64,000 nt of DNA from Owenia fusiformis (taxonomy: Eukaryota), in the NCBI GenBank assembly GCA_903813345.2, contig CAIIXF020000001.1:46066001-46130000 (forward strand), in the 5' to 3' direction. Made by a program: the position numbers and the translations under genes. Of the stretch, positions 50,383-62,911 are shown piece after piece (position 1 is the stretch's first letter; each line of letters opens with the position of its first letter). Below the pieces are notes generated by a model, which was given only the letters and a program-made list of their open reading frames with translations, was not told the origin of the DNA and made no database searches.

Positions 50383-51300
50383 ACAGGGTGTCTCAAAAAG
50401 AGAAACCGAGATTAAATTGCTAATTTCTCAAAGATGAATAATGTTTGGGTCAATTTGCAGGTACTGCCATTTGCATCATTATGGCCTCTTTCATATGGTA
50501 CTAAAATGTTCTATTTCCCCCACAGATGATAGAGCAACGAGGGATTTAAGTGACCATATCAGAAATGGGTTTGTGCCACTTTCAGCCAAGTCAATTCACT
50601 ATCATAACATAGTGATAAGTAACAACAAACATCAGGATATTATTCTTTTACTCATTTATTCCAATTAAAGTTACACATACTAGTATCATATTTAACACCC
50701 CTTTTCAAACCCAATGACCATTCAAAATTGTTTTAATGCCAGTGTCCATCAACATGACCCACATTCCTCATCTAACTGCACATACTGCATCCGTGATGGT
50801 GTCTCTCTGTCTCCTATCTGCCTAAGATCCTCTACTGCTGCAACAATCCTGGGCCTTAGATTATCAATGCCTCTTGTGTTGAGTGCGCTGTGTAGCCTTT
50901 ATCCTTGAGATAACCCCAAAGAAAGAAGTCACAGGGTGCAAAACCATCCTGGCATAACCATTTTAATCCCCCATTGTTTCATCATTCATGAAAGAAAAAG
51001 TTAAATCCATCAGAACTCAGTCATCCGTGAAGCAAAATATTCAACTTTGGTATCATAGGAAAGAGGACATCATAACCTGTCAGGTGGTGTCTGTGAAATT
51101 ATCCTATTAGTATTCATATTTGAGATTTGAGATTTGAGCTTCAGATTGAACAGTTTTTAAAAAAATCATCTACAGAGAAATTACTTTCAATCTTGAGAGG
51201 ACATGGAAAAGCTCAAAATTGGGTCTTTGGCGCGGCATTAAGAGTTATATTGGAGTGAAACCTCCGGGGTTTCAAGTAATTTTTGACAAAATTGTCAAGT
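50383..51300 (-). mobile_element. Decayed Tc1/mariner-superfamily transposon with transposase C-terminal remnant
   Basis: TA|CAGGGTGTCTCAAAAA terminus at 50382-50399. The minus strand encodes PCDFFLWGYLKDK at 50936-50898 (SPDLxPxDFFLWGYLK motif). The other boundary is approximate. Confidence 0.65.
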
Positions 51301-52111
51301 GAACCCCCTATGCATGCACTAGGCGGTCAACAACTAATGATATATAACTTACCTACAGTTGAAATCACTAGCATCGTTCAACGCCTAATATTCAATATGT
51401 TCAATAATGTCATATTATCAGACTCCACGTCTAGGGACTTTTAATTCTTATTAAACGAAATGCTCGAGTGGCAGATAGTGCAATGTAGGGGGACCCTCTC
51501 CCCTGAGAACCAACTTTGAAAATTAACTTTCTGTGTTAAGCTAGTCTAGAAACAAAACAAAGCAATGATTAATAGGTCAGACTGACCAGTGAGTAATTAG
51601 TATCGATTTGTTCGAATTATGATATGTGTCGTAACGTAATTGTCAGAAATAATGAAGTGATTTTTACTTCTCTGACTTAAAAATAACTAAATTCCATTGT
51701 TCTTATTCTACATAAAGATAACAAGAAAATGTCAATCGTTAATTTATTTAACCTGATATGTTTAATTTGACCCAAGTAGTTGATATCGATTTTTAAATCC
51801 TTGGACATAAGGGGCAGGTGATAGGGATTTATTTTACGGACTTTTTCAATGGTCTTGTTAAATATCAATGTGTTTCGACGACCATCTGTCGTGAGCAGAG
51901 TCGGCTCAGCGATGGCTACGATTGGACTAATTTCCCCGGCACGCGACTGTCGTGAATAGCAAACTGCGATAGCAGGCGTGTGTTCATCAATATATCCAGT
52001 ATATCGGTTAGTAGGCTTATTATTGAACAAGAGACGATATAACGACTGGGTTGCTTTGTTTCATTAACCATGGCAAAAACAAAGCCAGAATAATATGTAA
52101 ATGGGAGCTAT

Positions 52112-52930
52112 ATGAACAGGAACATTTTAACGTATTTCTTCAAGATATGCTTCATGCCAGCAAGTTTATATTTCACGCCAGAAGATTTGATACGAAAACT
52201 GTTAGATAACTGCATAAGGATTCAACTGAGTCTTATGTCAAGGATGGGGAAGGGTTCGAAAGATCCCTTAAAGCATGGTGGCTGTGAAGACCCATGGACT
52301 TGGAACACGTATGATAAATCGCATGAAGTCAATTTACATGGTAAACATCACAAAACTGTACATTTTCATCCAAATTGGAGTAATGGGACAGCAGGAGTCC
52401 GTGGAACAATGGTGCTGAATTATGGCAAACATTACTGGGAAGTGAAAATCTCCCAAAGGATATTTGGAACCAGTATGATGTTTGGTATAGGGACTAAGAA
52501 GGCGCGTCTGCACGTAGATGCCTTTGTAAATATGTTAGGTGAAGATTCGGAGGGGTGGGGGTTGTCTCATAAGGGTGTCGCCTGGCACAATGGCAAATTA
52601 AGACAATACACAAAACCGTTCAGGGAAAATGAAGCAACCACCATTGGGATATTATTTGACTGGCACCAAGGGACCTTAACTTACTACAAAGACGGTATAA
52701 ACCTCGGGGTTGCTTTTACTGGACTTAACAAAATTGACGAGGATCTTTATCCCATTGTTTGCAGTACCGCCGCCAAGACAGAGATGACGTTAGGTGTGAC
52801 ACGGAGGATACCATACGACCTCCAGGACAGGTGTCGCGCTATTATCGTGCAATACGCCCAAGATGAGCAGGAAATAGACAATCTACCCCTACCGAACAGA
52901 ATCAAGGAATATATAAAGGAATCGCTATGA
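52112..52930 (+). CDS. SPSB3: SPRY domain-containing SOCS box protein (SPSB3 / Drosophila SP555-like); single coding exon, true start possibly ATG 52235
   Basis: SPRY domain VHFHPNWSNGTAGVRG..HYWEVKISQRIFGTSMMFGIGT..LGEDSEGWGLSHKG..GTLTYYKDG..LYPIVCSTAAKTEM, followed by a SOCS box LQDRCRAII..IDNLPLPNRIKEYI. Confidence 0.88.
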   Translation: MNRNILTYFFKICFMPASLYFTPEDLIRKLLDNCIRIQLSLMSRMGKGSKDPLKHGGCEDPWTWNTYDKSHEVNLHGKHHKTVHFHPNWSNGTAGVRGTMVLNYGKHYWEVKISQRIFGTSMMFGIGTKKARLHVDAFVNMLGEDSEGWGLSHKGVAWHNGKLRQYTKPFRENEATTIGILFDWHQGTLTYYKDGINLGVAFTGLNKIDEDLYPIVCSTAAKTEMTLGVTRRIPYDLQDRCRAIIVQYAQDEQEIDNLPLPNRIKEYIKESL

Positions 52931-55344
52931 CAAGACGCTGAGTCACAGCTAAATGGTTCTACCTAGAAAACAATAACCAACTTGTCATACGTATTTATAT
53001 TAAGATGTAAATATTATTTATTTTGATGTTTGTCCCCTTGTTAGTCAACTCGTGCTATATACCATAGATCAAGTAATATTTAATCGTTAGATATTTCATT
53101 TAAAAACAATGGCAGCAATCTGGCATTTAAACATGGCAGCTACTACCATCATATTACTCAGCTTCCATTTTGTATTATTAATGAGCAGAACACAGTATTG
53201 CAAAATCGATATCGTAACCGTAATCTCAATAAAACTTAGAAACAAAGGGGATATTGTTCCCAAATGTGTGTAACTTAATCCCAAAGCTTCAATTTTCTCC
53301 AATATATTCCTAGTATTGATTTGGCTTCTCATAATGCAAAACCAACATCTTTAAGATATATTTACTTCTCGAAATCATAATGTACCGTCTGGCTTAAAAA
53401 CCGCAAGTAACAACAAAACAGCTGATGAAAAAATTTAAAATACGAAATAAAAACTAGTATTAGTACATTTGCATATTAATAGAAATTCATTAGAATCAGC
53501 TGCTCTCTCTGGTTAATTTATTAATAAAGGAGGTTGACATTTAACGGTGGAAATTATAGGTGATGATATTAGGCTCCTAAGTATGTGCAATCTAATTAAG
53601 ATTTGTTTCTTTTGGTATTTCTAGATTTAAATCATTGATTTTATTTTTCAAATCGTTTTCGTTCGTTTTCGTTCGATTGAATTTTTCACTTTCATTTTTT
53701 AATTATGCCAGATGGGAGTTAAATTGACATCCTGTATTTCGAGTTTAGCAAACTTGAATTCTCATCAATAAAAAACACCAAACATTGATAAGTACATCTT
53801 CCTGTTTGAACAAACAGGATACTGAGTACGGTCAGAAAGTTGAAATTACAACAAATTCAATTCATAATTTTCTTTTTCTGGGAGTACTGCAATGTTTAGT
53901 GTTTTGGTATAAATGTATAAACCGCAAATGCAAAACAAAGATGAAGAAAATACATATAACATTTTCACACAAAAAGTATGCTTATGAAAAATATGTTTAA
54001 TTTAGTTTCATGATATTCACTCTCCTGAAATACAAAATGAATCATTCACCGCCCTCTCATCTAGAGTCTATTTTGTTGTAGTAACGGTAATCATGTATTC
54101 AATTTACTCCCCGGTGAAAGGACTCTTCATCATTATATTACATATATACATATGATTGCGTTTGTTAACGTGCCATCTGTACACATGACAGTGTTATTGT
54201 CCTACCATTAAGCATACCATTATCAATTGTCGTGTTTATATTTCTAGCTGATAACCTATTTAGCTTTGAAAACAACTATCACAATTTGTGTTTATTTGTT
54301 AAAATGACCGACTAAACTCAATCAAAGACTCAAGTTCAAGAGACAGACGGAAGTTTAGTACCGATTGTTTCAAAAGTGGTTGGCCAAGTAATCCCTCGGT
54401 CATATTGTTTGAACTCAAATAGGTTCATATGATCATATCTATTGTTGGGTCAGCTTTGTAAATAAATGTTAGTTTGTAGGTTAGTTTACCCGGTCTATTT
54501 GAAGAATACATACAAGTATGACCTATGAACATTCCACCTGCATGTTTGCCCTACTTTAATAATATGTACAACATCTGTATTAATGTTGGGTAAACATCAC
54601 CAAGGAGCCCAAATTACAAATAAACAACGTGTACCATAATGTTATTTCAACTTTTGGAACCACCTTTAATCAAGTTTGGAATTGTTCAATTTTAATCAGA
54701 TAAAATATAATAATAAAAACGTTTTTCCTGGCAAACGTTCAGGCATTTTTAAGTTAATGTTTTACAGATATTGAAAGGTGTCATGAATCTCAAGATTGTT
54801 GTTAGTCTCATCTGAAAAACAGACATATTTGAAAATGTGTTTATTTGTAGTAGGGCCCCAAACGTTGAAACATTCCACAGTCACTGCATTCAACCATGTC
54901 AGATTGTACAATACACATAGAACCTCTAATATCTTGGCTGTGGATGATGCCCTGTTGCAATCAACTAAGATTTCTATGTTCAAAGGGGCACTACTGACAC
55001 CTCCAACTGGTAGGGGATCTTGTGAAGATGAACAATATGACATGTTTGAATCAGTGATATTTATGACAGAAATATGAACTACATACTTTGTTATGTACAT
55101 TCCCTGTACAGACAGGCTTTTAGCCTTTATTGTTGTCTGTGTTAGTAGTATATATGATAAGAACCTAATTTTATATTAGTTTATCAAACGTTCCCATTAT
55201 AATGTTAATGTGGGGTTACTCTACTGTACTTTCAATTTGGAAATTAATCATTGCAAATACCCCTTACTCCTGTTAGTTATAGTTTAAGAAAACTTAGCTT
55301 GATTTAGCGACCTGTGCAATTCAACACTGCTTATGGAGTTAGAA

Positions 55345-56000
55345 CATGTATGCAACTTAGTTGACAATATCATTGTGTTCATAGAGCGAACATGTAACTT
55401 AGTTATGTACCACTGTGTTCATAGAGTAGACGTGTAATGTAGTTGACTTAGTTGACTATACCAATGTGTGATTATATCACTGTGTTCATAGAGCAAATAT
55501 GTAACTTAGTTGACTATGCCAAGGTGTTCATTGACTATCACTATTCATTGACTCTATCACTGTGTTCAAAAGGCAAACTTAGTTGTCTATATCACTGTGT
55601 CTATACAGCAAACATGCAACTTAGTTGAATACATAACTATGTTCATTGAGTAAACATGTAACTTAGTTTACTATATTACTGTGTTCATAGAGTCGACATG
55701 TAACTTAGTTGAATATATCACTGTGTTCATAGAGCAAACATGTAACTTAGTTGAATATATCACTGTGTTCATTGAGCAAACATGTAACTTAGTTGAATAT
55801 ATCACTGTGTTCATAGAGCAAACATGTAACTTAGTTGAATATATCACTATGTTCTGAAGAGCAAACATGTAACTTAGTTGAAGATATCACTGTGTTCATA
55901 GAGCAAACATGTAACTTAGTTGAATATATCACTGTTCTGAAGAGCAAACATGTAACTCAGTTGATAGTATCACCGTGTTCATAGAGCAAACATGTAACTC
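55345..56000. repeat. 42-bp minisatellite
   Basis: Unit CATGTAACTTAGTTGAATATATCACTGTGTTCATAGAGCAAA, about 15 copies, most homogeneous at 55690-56000. Confidence 0.92.
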
Positions 56001-57233
56001 AACTGACTTGAAGACCATATTCTCAACTTCATTCATAACAGTCATTCTTAGATATATTTAGCATTTATACATTGTATACTAGTATTTATTTGATGTCTAT
56101 TTAATTTAATTTATTATGTTGTTTGTTATGTACTATTACTTGAATTCTCATCTGTGTATTCTGTAAAAAGGCCAGTTATACATTGTTGTGAGCAATATTT
56201 GGCAAATAATTTGGAGTAACTTGGTTAGTGTTTAAGTAGACTGCATTTCATATACTGCATCACCATATCATCAAGACTTGCTTCATATCTTCAACAAAAC
56301 ACATATATATATTGCCTTATAGTCAATTTTCCATAAACAGATTAAGACTGCATGGACCCCTTCTTCTATCTTATATGTATTTAAAAGAAACAGTAGCAAG
56401 TCAGGCTGATAAACAGTATATCTGTTAACCAGCTTAATATGACATTATGTAATGATAATTATACCGAGTGTTTATAGGTAGAATCCTTCAGGATTCAAAT
56501 ACTACTACTAGTATGTTAAACAAAAATAATCAAACTGCACATTTTCAAACTGAAATATTCCAGTACAATGATCAAATATAAGAGTACCATTATAAGTACA
56601 GTAATACATAAGTCAACAAATAAAAGGAGACATGTTTGAAATGTGCTCAAGTTTGATTACATTGTTAATTCTGTATTGCATTATTTATTGAAGTGCAATA
56701 ATAGATTAAACAGATCTTAATAATAGAATGAGGAGTATGAAGTCTCATATTTATGTTATTTTTTAAACAATTTCAGCCAAAATGTATGAAATAAATAAAT
56801 GAATGAATTTTATACAAGAGTGTTTTTATTTTTATTTCTTTTTGAAGTACATGTCAGACAAATAAATGCACATGTATGTCTGTATGTATTGCTTGTGGTA
56901 TGACATGATACAGTCAACATGTAAGATCCCATTGGAAAATTGTTCAGCAAAAATTGAAATTAAGGGAATTTTCAATTTCATTTTGGCAAAGCTGCGTAAC
57001 CTTAAATAAAAAAAACTTGATTCAGGCTAGTTGTTTTACTGTAAGATCACCTCCTACAGCACTTTTAAAGTTGTTATCTTTATTCGCAAAAAATCAATTA
57101 CACAAAAAATCAATTACACAAATACTGCATGAGAATCTTATGATGGAACATGATCTTGTATTGTGCTTTATCACTGAAACAACTCAGGTCCATGATCCCA
57201 GATGCACATACGATGAATCATAAAATCCATAAT

Positions 57234-60200
57234 TTAATTACTCGCTACTTTATTCTCCTGTAAACTTTCTGCCATGAATAATTTTCCAAAACTTTGTTTG
57301 GCAAATTCGTTTATACTTTGTGAATATTGATTTATCTGTGCTGATGTTAGTAGAGACTCTAATCTGGGAGGTGGCTGCAGGGGCTTAAATATTTTGTTGA
57401 TATCTTCCTCAGGGAGGGGGGCTTCTTTTCTTTGCGCTCGCAGTTCATTCTCCTGTTTCTAAAAACACAAATATAGCAATATTTAAAAGTCATGGTAAAC
57501 TACATGAGGAGAGTATGATTATGAGTGCAATAAAATGGTTTAATGTCGTTAAATACACTGAAATTAAAAATTCTGAACAATCTGATCGATTCCGACAAAA
57601 TGAGCTTTTTGATCAAAATTAACGAAATTATGACAAATTATCAAAATTAGCAGTATCTAACTTTCCAAACAGAATTCATAGTTCAAAATTAAAAAGATTA
57701 AACAAGGCACAGACGTGAACAATATCGTACCTAAAACACAGCATTGTGGTCTTGTTGACCAAGAAAGCAAGATGGCCGCAGAAAAGTTAATCAGCTCTAG
57801 AACTTATCACTTTGTAACATATGTAAAAATTTGAATGGTTTGGCTGGAAACCTGTAGACAAGCCTTGATAGACAAGATTTTAGGACGGAAAATCCAAAAT
57901 GGCCACCTTAAAAGGATGAGTCTGGGAATGAGTCTGGGTATCGACTTAGAAAATATTGAAAATTGTAATGTCTGAAAAACCAACTCAATCCCACATATTA
58001 TTAAACTTCAATATCTTATCCTTCTTATGAAATTACAAAAATATCAATTTGTATCACAATTGATGAAGAATATTGGGATCAAAGACAGTGCATATCACTT
58101 TATCAGAATTGAAAAAAAATCAATGGCAAATATTAAATGAATTATTTATACAAAAAGTGTGAAACATATCTTCCAAAACATTGGTTACTTTCTTTGTATA
58201 GACATTGAATGGTATTTCTGGATAAGTGAATTGGTGTTTATCTGGGTAATCAAGGGATTATAGTCACTCAAAGGTACTGAGCATCCAGTTTTGACACTTC
58301 AATTGTGTTGGTGAAGTTATACATATTTCAGTCAAATTCATGCTGAGCACAACATTTTGGTTTCAATTTTATAATCTCTATACATGAACCTGGTGATGAA
58401 GAGTCAGAATCAGTCAAAAAACCTAAACCGGAATACTGTGCTCAATGTGAAAACTAAAAGTGAAGCAACTTTTTTTCTGATATTTCTTACATCAAATGGC
58501 AGCCATCTTGTTTTTCCCCCTTCAAATTAAACTGGCGGGAAATTCAAAAATTTGAAAAAAAATTTAATCCTTAAATATATTTCAAAAAAATGATTTTCTT
58601 TATGGATCTTAATTAATTTCTTCTTTGTATGTCATACATGTTGCCATTGGTGTTTTTTTCTATGATAATGACCCTTTTTTATTTGTTAAGATACTTATTC
58701 TAACTCTCAGCAGGGGGTTAATTATGCATCAAAACTCATGAAAAAGTAAATATACTTATCAAATATAACTAGGACAGTAATAAAAGCCATATTTCACGTA
58801 CATTTGACTGAGGGACTAAAAGGGCATATATCCAGACACATCCTTTAACCAGAATGCCCAAAAACTAATCAGTTCTTGACGTTGATATGTAGAAACATCC
58901 CTGAAAATTTCAGATGAATCCCTCAAAAGGTTTGGCTGGAAACCTGTAGACAAGTCTTGATAGTAAAGATTTTAGGACGGAAAATCCAAAATGGCCACCT
59001 TAAGATTTACCCAGAATGCCCAAAAACTAATCAGTTCTTGACGTTGATATGTAGAAACATCCCTGAAAATTTCAGATGAATCCCTCAAATGGTTTGGCTG
59101 AAAACCTGTAGACAAGTCTTGAAAGTGAAGATTTTAGGACGGAAAATCCAAAATGGCCACCTTAAAATTTAACCAGAATGCCCAAAAACTGATCAATTCT
59201 TGACGTTGATATGTAGAAACATCCCTGAAAATTTCAGATGAATCCCTCAAATGGTTTGGCTGGAAACCTGTAGACAAGTCTTGAAAGTGAAGATTTTAGG
59301 ACGGAAAATCCAAAATGGCCACCTTAAGATTTACCCAGAATGCCCAAAAACTAATCAGTTCTTGACGTTGATATGTAGAAACATCCCTGAAAATTTCAGA
59401 TGAATCCCTGAAATGATTTGGCTGGAAACCCGTAGACAAGCTGAAAAGTGAGACGCCGCCCGCCCACCCGCCCCCCGCCGCCCGTCAAGCTGACTACAAT
59501 ATCGTACCTCTTGTTAGGTACGATAAAAAGATTAAAAAGAGAAAAGTCTTAAAATCATGAATGTAAATTTTTCAACAGTTTAGCTTGGTCTCTGATACAT
59601 GTGATAGAGCCAAAGAATCAGATGTGGTAACAATTCAGTTCTTCATCACAAATAGCATCACAGAGAAAAATAAACTTCCTTTTTAACCCTTAGAACGCTG
59701 ATTTGTTTTGGACGTGCATTCCGTGGAGACTGACTTGTTTCGAACTTCCGGTCAATATTTTCGAAATAAAAAGTTTAAAAATATTTTTGTGTCATTAATT
59801 ATTGTGTCTATTTAACTTATTTTGTAAAAAATATGTTGTTTGAAGTTAACACCATCAACTATCAAAACCATCACATTTGGAGAAGAATAGCGGCAAATCA
59901 TTAAGGTAAAGACTTCTGACTTTTTGCAAACACTTTCAACATTATCAAGCAATTAAACTCACTGATCCTCTACATGGAATTTGACGTTAAAGCAAGTAAA
60001 CCCACTCAACGCACGTCTGGGGTTAAATATTCATATTCATGATATTAAAGAATTTTCACCTAATTTTTCTTCACAAAAATAGTATCTTACCCTTTTCATA
60101 AGATACTGTTCTTTGGCATGCTTCTGTTTCTGGACTTGTCTTTGGAAGTTTGTAAATTTGTTAGCATCCTGACTCAGTTCATCTACACACTTCATCATCA

Positions 60201-62911
60201 AAGCCATCTCTTTTTCCAGTACAGACCTGGAAAACAATAAGATAAATTGCTACAAAACTTCAAATAATAACTACCTGTAATTTCCAACCTTACTTTCTAA
60301 CCCTACAAAATTCTAAAATCATATTCTTTTCAAAAATATATGAAATTCTAACAAGGTTCAAATCTTTAAAACCAATATTATATTCTAGATAATCACTGTT
60401 CCACAGCTGAATGACTCTAACTGCAGTTAGCTTCATTCAAGATGGTTGCCGAAATTCTTTCGTTTTAGATAAACCTCCGATTTCAGCTAAATTAAGTTGA
60501 ATCTGAATTTCAAATGTTTCAACATGCAAATTAATGAAGCTTCAATGGTAAATAACCACAAATAAATGCTCAAACAACTGCGATAATGGAGAAAATGGCT
60601 TCACTTAGAATGACTCTAACTGAAGTTGATGAGTTACTGTACTTAAATAGAACCAACTACATGTCTAATGGCCTTCCTAATTTTGTGCACTTACGTGGTT
60701 GCAAGATCCAGGAACTGGTCATGTTCCTTGGGGGGTTGTGTCTCCTCTATTTCACACATGAGAGCATTCACAAGGTGGGAGTTCTTGAACACTATGGGAA
60801 TCTCTTCAAACATCTTCTCAAAGCTCAGGTTTGATGAACTTACACTAGAATAGAGACACATACAAATTAAATCAATATTAAACTCCTTGTATTTTCAAAG
60901 ATCTACAGATCCATAGCTAGCCCAGACAAAAAATTCTGATACCAAGCGAGATAAGCATTTTCGGTGACAAGTTCTGAGGTGAGGGGTATTTAGCGGCTAA
61001 ATTAAATAGCACCCAAAATTTCAAAATTTGTCCAATCCACCAACTTTCAGCACTCAATTCATACACTTTTGGCAACAGGTAAATGAGATTTGAATATAAA
61101 TCTATCTACCAATTTTTGTATATGTCATGAAAGAATGAACAGTTTGAAAAGAAGCCATTTGTGTGGTCACTTGAATGTTTCATACGTTGTTTGAATATCA
61201 TTCATCCAAAAGAAGTCAGTACTTATGTGCCATAGAGCAATTAAGTGGAATGTGATACAGACAAATATTAAAGAATGTGACTTACGTTTCTGGTGAGAAG
61301 TCTCCTTCCCTGTACATCTCCATCATTACTGGTGTGAGACGGAACGCTTTCAATGAGATTTTACCATGAGAACTTTTAACTGGATCTGCAAATAATGAGC
61401 AAGAATATCTAAATCATTCATTCATACTAATATAAATAATTTGTTGACAATGTGTTAAGAGTTTTATTCTTAATAGATTGTCACAGATTATGAAAAACAT
61501 TTGAGGACAAGTTGGTTCCAATGTTTGGCTTGAAGTCAGAATATTTTCTGTTCTGGAACGGATCATTGAACATAGAAATCAACTTATGAAACAAACGGCA
61601 AAAATAGAAAAAATATGTTAGATATAGTATTTTAGGTTTAATATAGATAGTTACACAGAGTGTCTGCTGTAATATCTAGAAATGAAAAAATACATATGAA
61701 ATGTAGTTCTAGCAAGTCTACGGTCACATACTTCTATTCTATTTGCAAACACTAAAATGAAAACATTTGTATTGACTTTAAATCTACCTACCATAAATAA
61801 GGACGACAGATTCTTCTATAGAATGCTGGTAGTTAAACTGTGATTCAATGAGTGCCTTGTTTACAAATGAACCATGATATGTGCTCTGGTACCATCCAAC
61901 ATGAAGATGGTCAATGTTCACATGTCGTAGATTTCTCATCATTTCCATCTGATACTGGACTGAAAATATAAAATGCATGTAGATAGAATACTATAACATT
62001 TCATTCTATTGAGGGGAATATCTGTGTATCTTATGCAAGTGATATTCCACTTCTTTACAGTTACACAATTGAGACACGACAGCCCGAGTTTCAATATGAT
62101 ATTTTCCGAGGCTAATATATTTTCTCCAAGAAAAAATTCATATCGCTCCATCACGACCATCAATAAACAAATGTATTCAATAATATTTTTTGTGAAACTT
62201 ATTCATTTTCCTGTTTTTATTTGAAAAATGAAGTGAAATTGTTGAGAAATTTATCTTCATAAATGACTAATGGTTGTATACTTCAATAGACTAGATGCGA
62301 GTAGAAATGATCTTGATTTACGTCATTAAATATTCAAAATAATATTTTTTGAAAATGTGACTTCTAGTTCAGTTTGATTCCCCATAGACCCCATATTATA
62401 AAATCACAAAAAGTGAAATATCTTTTGTTGTATTGGACATATAACATTTTCTTTTACTGGACAATTTGCATAACTATTCGATACATAAGGGCTATATGAA
62501 AATTGAACCATTAAAACCTATGTAATTTAGGTTAAAGGGAACTTTCTACTATACCGCCATGCTATCTGACCCGAGCGAGCCACCTGGTGGTGAAACTGGT
62601 AACTACTTACTCGCATTTGCGTTATTCTGACTTCTCTGACCTCACATCTTTTGACTTAAGACTTCAACAGATGACTAAATAACCCAGTAACTGTTTCAAA
62701 GACTAATATTTCCAACAAGAGAGATTCATTTAAGTGATTATTAGTTCTTACCTTCATCAAAGTCCTCTTGATTTTCTGAATGCTGGGGGAATGGAAAGCA
62801 GTTTGTGATCTCAAGTCTGTTCTCCACTACAAGACCTAGCAGAACCCCCTGCACCAACTCTGTTCCTCCACTACCTATCTCCTCACAGTGTTTGATGACC
62901 TTCAACACAAC
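57234..62911 (-). CDS. EIF3H: Eukaryotic translation initiation factor 3 subunit H (MPN domain); 5'-partial, first coding exon not found in the window
   Basis: Exons 62911-62752 ([32 protein letters not shown]), 61959-61792 ([39 protein letters not shown]), 61385-61286 ([19 protein letters not shown]), 60844-60695 (..[18 protein letters not shown]..), 60226-60091 and 57458-57234 (..[32 protein letters not shown]..). All GT-AG with consistent phases. Confidence 0.97.
57700..59529 (+). mobile_element. Helentron-associated (HINE/pearl-like) element carrying a 162-bp tandem array, in the last EIF3H intron
   Basis: Starts with AAACAAG. ACAATATCGTACCT occurs at ~57719 and ~59496. Terminal hairpin ATCGTACCT-CTTGTT-AGGTACGAT is followed by an A-run. 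(CCG/CCCG)n microsatellite at ~59455-59483. Confidence 0.75.
58849..59440. repeat. 162-bp tandem repeat, ~3.6 near-identical copies
   Basis: CCAGAATGCCCAAAAACT.. starts at 58849, 59011, 59173 and 59335; a partial copy lies at ~57835-57911. Confidence 0.92.
59687..60022. mobile_element. piggyBac-like MITE
   Basis: TTAA|CCCTTAGAACG ... CGTCTGGGG|TTAA with an imperfect TIR. Confidence 0.4.

Noticed and set aside
54762..55100. Overlapping 93-aa and 112-aa ORFs
   Set aside because: No recognisable domain, and no linked exons were found.
55345..59440. 42-bp and 162-bp arrays considered as CRISPR-like arrays
   Set aside because: The units are contiguous with no unique spacers, there are no cas genes, and the context is eukaryotic.
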